A stretch of DNA of 64,000 nucleotides. It comes from Octopus sinensis (lineage: Eukaryota). The notes beneath the pieces were generated by a model, which was not told the origin of the DNA, searched no databases, and worked only from the letters and a program-made list of their open reading frames with translations. The stretch is taken from assembly GCF_006345805.1 (NCBI RefSeq), contig NC_042998.1, positions 10,912,001 through 10,976,000 of the forward strand. Reading direction: 5' to 3'. Positions within the stretch are counted from its first letter, which is position 1; each line of letters starts with the position of its first letter. Shown here one piece after another: positions 55,530 through 64,000 of the stretch. The translations under genes and the position numbers were made by a program.

Positions 55530-55883
55530 GGCGCAGGAGTGGCTGTGTGGTAAGTAGCTTGCTAACCAACCACACGGTTGCGGGTTCAGTCCCACTGCGT
55601 GGCATCTTGGGCAAGTGTCTTCTTCTCTGCTATAGCCCCGGCCGACCAATGCCTTGTGAGTCGATTTGGTAGACGGAAACTGAAAGAAGCCTGTCGTATA
55701 TATGTATTATATATTGTGTGTGTATGTGTTTGTCCCCCTAGCATTGCTTGACAACGATGCTGGTGTGTTTACGTCCCCGTCACTTAGCGGTTCGGCAAAA
55801 GAGACCGATAGAATAAGTACTAAAAGGTGGTGCTCCAGCATGGCCGCAGTCAAATGACTGAAACAAGTAAAAGAGTAAAAGAG
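55530..55883 (+). mobile_element. SINE family A with internal deletion
   Basis: ggcgcaggagtgg...gtaaaagagtaaaagag; taagtact joins directly to aaaaggtggtgctcc. Confidence 0.9.
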
Positions 55884-56388
55884 TATATGACCATATTTTA
55901 AAATATGCAATACAAAAAAAAAAATGATGCGTTTAATAAACAATTCCTGGCTGATGATATCTGGATATTCATCAACAAATATCTACAGAAGTGTTTGCAT
56001 TATTCACTAATTCCGATCTTTTGTTGAAAAGCGCAACAACCATTGACTCATTTCCTGTTAATCTTAATGACCAAGAATTTACTTAACCAAGAGATCTGAA
56101 ATTTAAACGATTTTACTTGTTTCATTAATTGGACTGCAGCCACGCTTAGGTACCATCAAGAAGTGTTTAGTGGGAAAAATCGACTTCAGAGCTAATTTTT
56201 GGAAAGCCTGGGTGTTATTGTATCGGTTGCTTTTGATGAAAATCTACGTTACGGAGACATAGATCAACACCGGTTGCCAAGGTGTAGTTGGAAACAAATC
56301 CAACACAAAGAAACACACACGCACACACCTGCATATACACACACATGCATACACACGCACGCACACACACGCACACGCACGTATATAT

Positions 56389-56618
56389 GGCGGCGAGCTG
56401 GCAGAAACGTTAGCACGCCGGGCGAAATGCGTAGCCGTATTTCGTCTGTCGTTACGTTCCGAGTTCAAATTCCGCCGAGGTCGACTTTGCCTTTCATCCT
56501 TTCGGGGTCGATAAATTAAGTACCAGTTACGCACTGGGGTTGATGTAATCGACTTAACCCCTTTGTCTGTCCTTGTTTGTCCCTTCTGTGTTTAGCCCCT
56601 TGTGGGTAGTAAAGAAAT
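56389..56618 (+). mobile_element. SINE family B, full length
   Basis: ggcggcgagctggcagaaac...aaagaaat. Confidence 0.92.
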
Positions 56619-57247
56619 ATATATCAGATTCACTTTGGTTGGTCCCTGGCTATATTAGAAATTACTTTCCCAAGGTGCTGCTCAGAGAGACTGGCACCCA
56701 GGCTGTGGATGCTGATGTTTGAGTTACTTCGGAAGCGATTCTACCTTGTAGAATTCAGTTTTTACCCTGATCAACCGCTACTTAATTTCTAAAGTACAAA
56801 TGACCTCTCAATAGATACAGTTGGGAAGACCTTCATGGGTATCATTTGTTCTTCTGTCTTTCAGTTTTCTAACTCATTATTTGCGCGATATGGTAGGAGT
56901 GTTTAGAATTACCATCTCATAAATATAGAATATTATAATTTCATAAATATAGAATATAATTAATTTCTGAGAACATGAATAAGAATAAAATCATGGTTAC
57001 TTTATCAAAAACCATACTTTGATTCATATAATATTGATATGAATAATCTAATATTAATTATTTAGCGAACAGATACTTGAATACATTCACCACACACACA
57101 TATGCATACGACAAGCTTTCCCACAATTTCCGTCTTGCCCTCTTTAATCAGTAGCATGCTTGCAGTCATCATGGACAGCATCCATCACAAATCTTCATTC
57201 GCAAAGCCATTATATATACGCACATACACATACGCACGTACTCAGAA

Positions 57248-57297
<50 letters not shown>

Positions 57298-57551
57298 ACA
57301 CACACATACACACATTCACACACACACATACATATAAGTGTGTATATACATGCATATTATATATATATGTATATATAATATACAACATACATACATATAT
57401 ATTATAATATATATATCTAATATATAATATATATGTTATGTATATATGTATGTTTATATATATGAATATATATGTATGTTTTGTGTGTAAATAAATGTAC
57501 TACATGTGTGTGTGTGTTTTGTGTGTGTGTGTATGTCTGTGTGAATTTTGT

Positions 57552-57611
<60 letters not shown>

Positions 57612-57949
57612 GTGTGAAATTCAAAGGATATTAAAGAAACTGTCCAAAATTATGACATGTCGTGGATTCATCTGGCGAACATTCAAAATCTTAATAAAGA
57701 CCACTTGTAAAAATAATGCTCATAAAACCGCAAAAGTGTGGGTGTGAAAGGATGGCGGTATGGGAAAGAGAATAAATATTGGAGTAATTCACAGCTCAGA
57801 AGGTTAAAAGTCGATTTAATAAAAAATAAAAAAACAATGGGGAGTAAAACCAGTAAAATACACTACTTTTTCTATTAAAGGCACAAGGCGTGAAATTTTT
57901 TGGCAGAGGGCTAGTCTATTACTTCGACAAATACTTATTTTAAGAAAGA

Positions 57950-58480
57950 ATGAAAGCAAAGTCGACCTCAGCAGTAAGACCGGAAGAAATGCCTATTTCT
58001 TTACTACCCTCAAGGGGCTAAATACAGTGAGAACAAACAAGGACAGACAAACGGATTAAGTCGATTATATCGACCCCAGTGCGTAACTGGTACTTATTTA
58101 ATCGACCCCGAAAGGATGAAAGGCAAGGTTGACCTCGGCGGAATTTGAACTCAGAACGTTACGGCAGACGAAATACCTATTTCTTTACTACCCTCAAGGG
58201 GCTAAACACAGAGAAGACAAACAAGGACAGACAAACGGATTAAGTCGATTATATCGACCCCAGTGCGCAACTGGTACTTATTTAATCGACCCCGAAAGGA
58301 GGAAAGGCAAAGTCGACCTCGGTGGAATTTGAACTCAGAACGTTACGGCAGACGAAATACTGCTGTGCATTTCGCCTGGCGTGCTAACGTTTCTGCCAGC
58401 TCACCATCGTGTCCGACAGCTCACCTCCGCAGTAAAACCAGAAGAAATACCGCTAAGCATTTTGTCCGGCATTCCAACGA
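57950..58480 (-). mobile_element. Nested/tandem SINE family B array inside an older family B copy
   Basis: One head, two consecutive body+tail units (58176-58402, 57992-58175), degraded family B sequence on both sides. Confidence 0.88.
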
Positions 58481-59720
58481 TCCTACCACTTTATAGAATT
58501 CATATAAGAAAATGGAACTAAAAGGTGGGGACTATAAACATAAATACTCACATATGGACAAATATGCCTTTATTGTAGAATTATAGTAATGTGTAAAATT
58601 AGCCCTAACGTGTCTTTTTGGGGTTTAGCATAAACAGTTCTGGAGCTGTCAGGTGTCTCAGTTGGTATGATCAACATTTAATTTGTGTTCTGTTTAGTAT
58701 GAAACGTCTAACTCAAGTTATGCTAGTGACCATTCGTTGCAAACACATCGCTTGTCCTGTGTATCAGCTGTGATGTATACGGCATATTTCTGCCGGTGTC
58801 CATGTATCATTTACGATACATATTTCCATTCTGAAACCATTAGTATAACTTGGGACATATGAAAGAAAGGCTTTATAAGACATAGAATATATGAGACAAG
58901 CGTTAACTAAAATCTGAAAAGAAGCATGGGCATTTAGGAGGAATTTATGAAGATGCTTTGGCCTGGCAAGTGGTTAATTATTTAAGACGCATGGTTACAA
59001 AACAATTTGCTTAAATCTGGTATTGATTGATTGATTGATTGATTGATTTAGTTTCAGCTCACGAGCTGTGGCCATGCTGGGGCACCGCCATTTGGTGTTG
59101 CTACATGATTTTACTTCACGAATGCTTTTTAGCAACTGTCATTTGGTGCATGAGAGAGTTCGATGCAGCTGCCCTCATCTGCACCTCCTGCCGTGAAGTT
59201 GGTTCATCAGGGATACCTGACAAGAAAAGATCCAGTTTTATTTTAAAGACATCTGCATCCACCAATATGGTTGAATAGAGTGTGTTAAATGTGTAATTTC
59301 AAATTTAAATTAGAATTCTACGAAGTCCGAAATTGCACATCGGGAATTGAAAATGTTAACGGTTCAAAAATGTTGATATATAAAACGATACTTAATAAAA
59401 ATACATTGGCAAACCTCTAGATCTCAAATTTTTATGGAATGCAATGCACTCATTATCATTTGATGAAACACATTCATATTTAATATGACGTTTGCAAATC
59501 GCCATGATTTATAAATGAATTTAACAAATCACTTCCGGCACCAGTCGTAAGGCTCTTTGCCGTACTCGAATAATGTATTTTTTTCAGTTTCATCGATTGC
59601 AATTAAAGGCATAACGTATTTCATATTTCCATTACTTGACATAAAATTAAAGTATTCTTAACCCTAGTTTTAAAGCATTACTGATTACGTTTTTACTATA
59701 CGTTATTTAAACATCGAATA

Positions 59721-59931
59721 CTCTCTTTACGCTTTTACTTGTTTCAGTCATTTGACTGCGGCCATGCTGGAGCACCGCCTTTAGTCGAGCAAATCGACCC
59801 CGGGACTTATTCTTTGTAAGCCCAGTACTTATTCTATCGGTCTCTTTTGCCGAACCGCTAAGTGACGGGGAGGTAAATACACCAGCATCGGTTGTCAAGC
59901 AATGCTAGGGGACAAACACAGACACACAAAC

Positions 59932-59990
<59 letters not shown>

Positions 59991-60162
59991 TACGACAGGT
60001 TCTTTCCTTCTTTCAGTTTCCGTCTACCAAATCCACTCACAAGGCATTGGTCGGCCCGGGGCTATAGCAGAAGACACTTGCCCAAGATGCCACGCAGTGG
60101 GACTGAACCCGGAATCATGTGGTTGGTTAGCCAGCTACTTACCACACAGCCACTCTTGCGCC
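59721..60162 (-). mobile_element. SINE family A, full length
   Basis: ctctctttacgcttttacttg...cactcttgcgcc. Confidence 0.92.
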
Positions 60163-60181
60163 TATTCACTTTTATTTAATA

Positions 60182-60695
60182 CTAGCAGTATCGCCCGGCG
60201 TTGCTCGGGTTTGTAAGGGAAATAACTATATAAGCATTTTTGGAGAGTTACTTCCCTTATAGATGCCAATTCGGGCTTTCTTAGCCATTTCTGTTTTGGT
60301 GTCTTCAAGCCATGAAGTCGTTGTTCTAAAAGAACGCTGGTCTCCTTGACAACGCTTTACGACGTTGATTTCCTTACACTCCCTTCCCCGCAGCTTCAGG
60401 AGGGAGGGAAGAAGGGGGAGAAGCAAACAGGTGCAGGTGTGACCATGGACGCCAACTCCGCCGCCATCGACACACGAAAAATTATGCATTAAAATGGAAT
60501 AAAAAAATGATGTTAAATTATTTTAAAAATCGTAGACTCATCGTAGACGCGCGCTAATACTTAGACAGGCTCGATATGAATCACGACTATAAGATACCCG
60601 AATTTGGTTAAACTGCACCGCAAAATGTGGGAGTAGTTAGGAATCTAAATCGAAGGGGACAGACACTCACACAACTACAGTTTTATATATATAGA
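60182..60695 (-). mobile_element. Non-autonomous Helitron with cargo segment
   Basis: Minus strand A|TCtatatatataaaactgtag...cccgagcaacgccgggcgatactgCTAG|T. Confidence 0.9.
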
Positions 60696-61035
60696 TTATG
60701 TGTTTACACTATACATGTCAGTGTGTGTGTGTGTGGTGTGTGTGTGTGTATGTATACAGCCATTCATATATACATACTTGCATGCATGCATACGTACATA
60801 CATGCATACATACATATGCACGCACTCACGGACAGACAGACAGGCTCACACACATATACATAAATAACTATTTGGACTTTGAATATATGTCTATTAATAT
60901 GCCGATTAAAGCACATTCACCATCTGGGCTCCCTGATATCATCCACAAAATCCTACCCGTAGAATGGATCGAAACGATCGTCGCGTTGAATAAAGAATCC
61001 TACCAAGTCAATTTATCCGTTTCTCTCATCAATTA

Positions 61036-61097
<62 letters not shown>

Positions 61098-61113
61098 AAT
61101 GTCTGTCTACCTA

Positions 61114-61187
<74 letters not shown>

Positions 61188-61462
61188 TCTCTACACATAA
61201 TTAGAAATATAGAAACGACTTACTCCGAAGGAATTTAAAGGAATACACACACAAACTCAAACACACACGCACACACACACACACACACATATATACATAA
61301 ACGTCACTAAAGTGACAAGGGTACAGAGTAGTATCAGCATTGCTAGAAATAAGAGTCAAAACAGTTCATTAGTCATAAAAAAGCACTATCTAAGTAAGTT
61401 AGCGAGAGAGAGACAGAGCTCCCTAATTTAGTGAGACAAACCTCCCTACTGAAGTAGCAGAA

Positions 61463-61688
61463 GGCGGCGTGCTGGCAGAAACGTTAGCACGCTGGGCGAA
61501 ATGCGTAGCCGTATCTCGTCTGCCGTTACTTCTGAGTTCAAATTCCGCCGAGGTCGACTTTGCCTTTTATCCTTTCGGGGTCGAGAAATTAAGTACCAGT
61601 TACGCATTGGGGTCGATGTAATCGACTCACTCCGTTTGTCCTTGTTTGTCTCCTCTATGTTTAGCCCCTTGTGGGCAATAAAGAAACA
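61463..61688 (+). mobile_element. SINE family B inserted into the first repeat unit
   Basis: ggcggcgtgctggcagaaac...aaagaaac interrupts gaagtagcaga|tatacg. Confidence 0.9.
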
Positions 61689-62264
61689 GATATACGTATA
61701 TCACGTGATTTCAAATTGTGTTGCATAACACCTCAATTCTCGTCAGTGAATCTTACTGCACCTGAGGATAAGCTCAACTCACCTGGTCAATTTATAAGAA
61801 AACTGTTGAAAGCACGTGCTGTTTCAGAATGGTAGAAGTGTATACTATAAATAATGTAGGTGGCTTATTAGCAATTTAAAACCTAAAGGAACATTTATAA
61901 ACGTCACTAAAGTGATAAGAGTACAAAGTGGTATCAGAATTACTAGAAGTAAGAGTCAAAACAACTCAGCCACAAAAAGCACTCAGTAAATTGACAAGAG
62001 ACAGTTCCCTACTCTAGTGAGATAAAGCGCCCTACTATAATAGCAGATACAACCATATCACGTGATTTGGAATTCTGATGCATACCACCTCAATATTCGT
62101 CAGTGGATCTTACTAAGATATTGCTTTTTGTGGTTAATGAGCTGTTTTGACTCTTATTTCTAGCAATGCTGGTACTACTTTATACTTTTCTCCCTTTAGT
62201 GACTTTTATAAATTTGCCTTTAGGTTTTAAATTGCTGATAAGCCACCTACATTATTTATAGTAA

Positions 62265-62745
62265 ACATGTCTTGTTGGCATCCTTTTTGTCTCGGGAGAC
62301 AATGGAGTTGCGCATAAAATAGTCTAGTCCGGCTTTTACATTTCATGTCCTGATACATTTCCTGCTGTGGCTGTGTAGTCCTATCTGTTACCTCCTGTGT
62401 TGTTTCTGCAGCTTTTTACAGCAGCACTGAAGTGTCCTCTCCAGTTTTGCGCAGGCCTGGGCTAGAGATAAGAAAGTGCCTGGGTAGCCCAATCGTCAGG
62501 TTTCCTCTATCGACCTTGCTGACGTAGTCCAAAGGAGTGCTGAGCATTACGTTTGGCATCAGCTTGGTTGCAGGAGCTGCCGGAAGAGTGTCGAGTCGAA
62601 CACTAAACCGCCTTCGGGGCTCCACTCTGGATTTCTTTGAAGGTTGTCTCCTTTCCGTAACCCTGGATAGGGGCCCATACCGGTTACTGTCAGCACTACC
62701 CTGAAGTAGTGAAGAAGTTCGCTACCCTCTACCGGTCTGAAAAAA
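62265..62745. mobile_element. Probable RTE-clade LINE fragment(s)
   Basis: GC-richer block; ggcatccttttt..gagacaatggagt resembles an RTE 3' end on the minus strand, and tttggcatcagcttggttgcaggagctgccggaag resembles an RTE 5' UTR; recognition only. Confidence 0.4.
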
Positions 62746-62810
62746 CACACGCTTTCAACGGTTTTCTTGTAAGTTGACGAGGCGAGTTGAGCTGACCCTA
62801 GGCGCAGTAA

Positions 62811-62870
62811 GATCCACTGACGAGAATCGAGGTGTTATGCAACACAATTTGAAATCACGTGATATACGTA
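62811..62870 (+). ncRNA. Hammerhead-like motif with palindromic helix III
   Basis: CTGACGA-gaat..GTGTT(atgc)AACAC.attt-GAA-ATCACGTGAT-A; helix I poorly paired in this copy. Confidence 0.5.
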
Positions 62871-63070
62871 TATCTGCTACTTCAGTAAGGAGATTTATTT
62901 TACTAGAGCAGGGAACTGTCTCTCTCGTCAACTTACTAAGATAGTGCTTTTTGTGGCTAATGAGTTGTTTTGACTCTTATTTCTAGCAATGGTGGTACAA
63001 CTTTGTATCGTTGCCACTTTAGTGACGTTTATATATTTACCTTTAGGCTTTGAATTAACAAGCCACCTAC

Positions 63071-63171
<101 letters not shown>

Positions 63172-63176
63172 ATATG

Positions 63177-63223
<47 letters not shown>

Positions 63224-63253
63224 GAAAAAAAGCAACAAGAATGGATTAAAATA

Positions 63254-63334
63254 TCGGTACAATTGTTTCGTACGAGGACGTCTTTAATAGGCTACAAAAA
63301 ATGCAGTAAATATAGATGGCTACTCGTCAGCCGA
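63254..63334 (-). ncRNA. Type I hammerhead-like motif with long helix-II insertion, within a PLE-type fragment (about 63235-63570)
   Basis: Minus strand tcgg-CTGACGA-GTA...TAC-GAA-ACAATTGT-A-ccga. Confidence 0.55.
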
Positions 63335-63567
63335 AAAAACATCAGAGATTCCCAAACATCAAAAGGGGGTAGATACAAATGAGGGTGTGAGTTTAAGTGC
63401 AATTGAAGAAAGTTCGATTCCTGGAGATCCGATGAAAGGTCTTGAACATACAGAATTTGTGCATGTCCATATATAGCTCATAGTGAATTGTTAATCAAGT
63501 TATGTGAAGAAATTTTGGATATATGTGAGTTCATTAGAATTCACTTGAATCTCAATTACTCAAACCG

Positions 63568-63604
<37 letters not shown>

Positions 63605-64000
63605 AACAATGGATTACTAAGTTCGCTTCACCCACCCATCTGGGTAAAACCTTGAATTAAGCTGCATAGGAATGTCTACCCCGGATAAATATATAGTGCA
63701 ACTGAAACACGAAATGCACATAAATGCTACTTCAAATGACATTACGACATTTATGCAGTAGAAACGTGGCAGATTGGAATCTAATGAGAATTTAATGAGA
63801 ATAATACTGTAATAAATATTTTTATAATTCCCTATTTTACCAATGATATCGTCTACATCTCTGCATACATAATATCGTGTGCGCGTGTGTGTGTGTGTAT
63901 GTCGCGGGTTGTATGCGTGTAAGTATATCATATATTATGTGTAATAATGCCCCCTATATAATATAAATATATATATATATATATATATAGTGTATATATA

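Overview
AT-rich, microsatellite-dense eukaryotic DNA made almost entirely of transposable elements and their relics. The SINE families and (TA)n/(CA)n/(TATC)n density point to an octopus (coleoid cephalopod) genome; this is inference from recognition, not a search. No host protein-coding gene could be recognised, so this is probably a large intron or intergenic stretch. Most listed ORFs are microsatellite or SINE artefacts. Main content: (1) a near full-length but frameshifted Neptune-type Penelope-like element (PLE; RT + GIY-YIG) with about 800-bp direct terminal repeats at 49441-54606; (2) a 5'-truncated Tx1/L1 LINE; (3) several decayed Tc1/mariner transposases plus mariner and hAT MITEs; (4) three non-autonomous Helitrons with intact TC...CTAG ends; (5) more than 20 tRNA-headed SINEs from three families. 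The most notable signal is about 13 hammerhead-ribozyme-like motifs from several PLE-type repeat families. They include a recurrent non-canonical core (CUGU(U/A)GA), a 357-bp tandem/inverted hammerhead unit resembling a retrozyme, and a family with a long helix-II insertion. Several long fold-backs are also present, one with perfect 99-bp arms.
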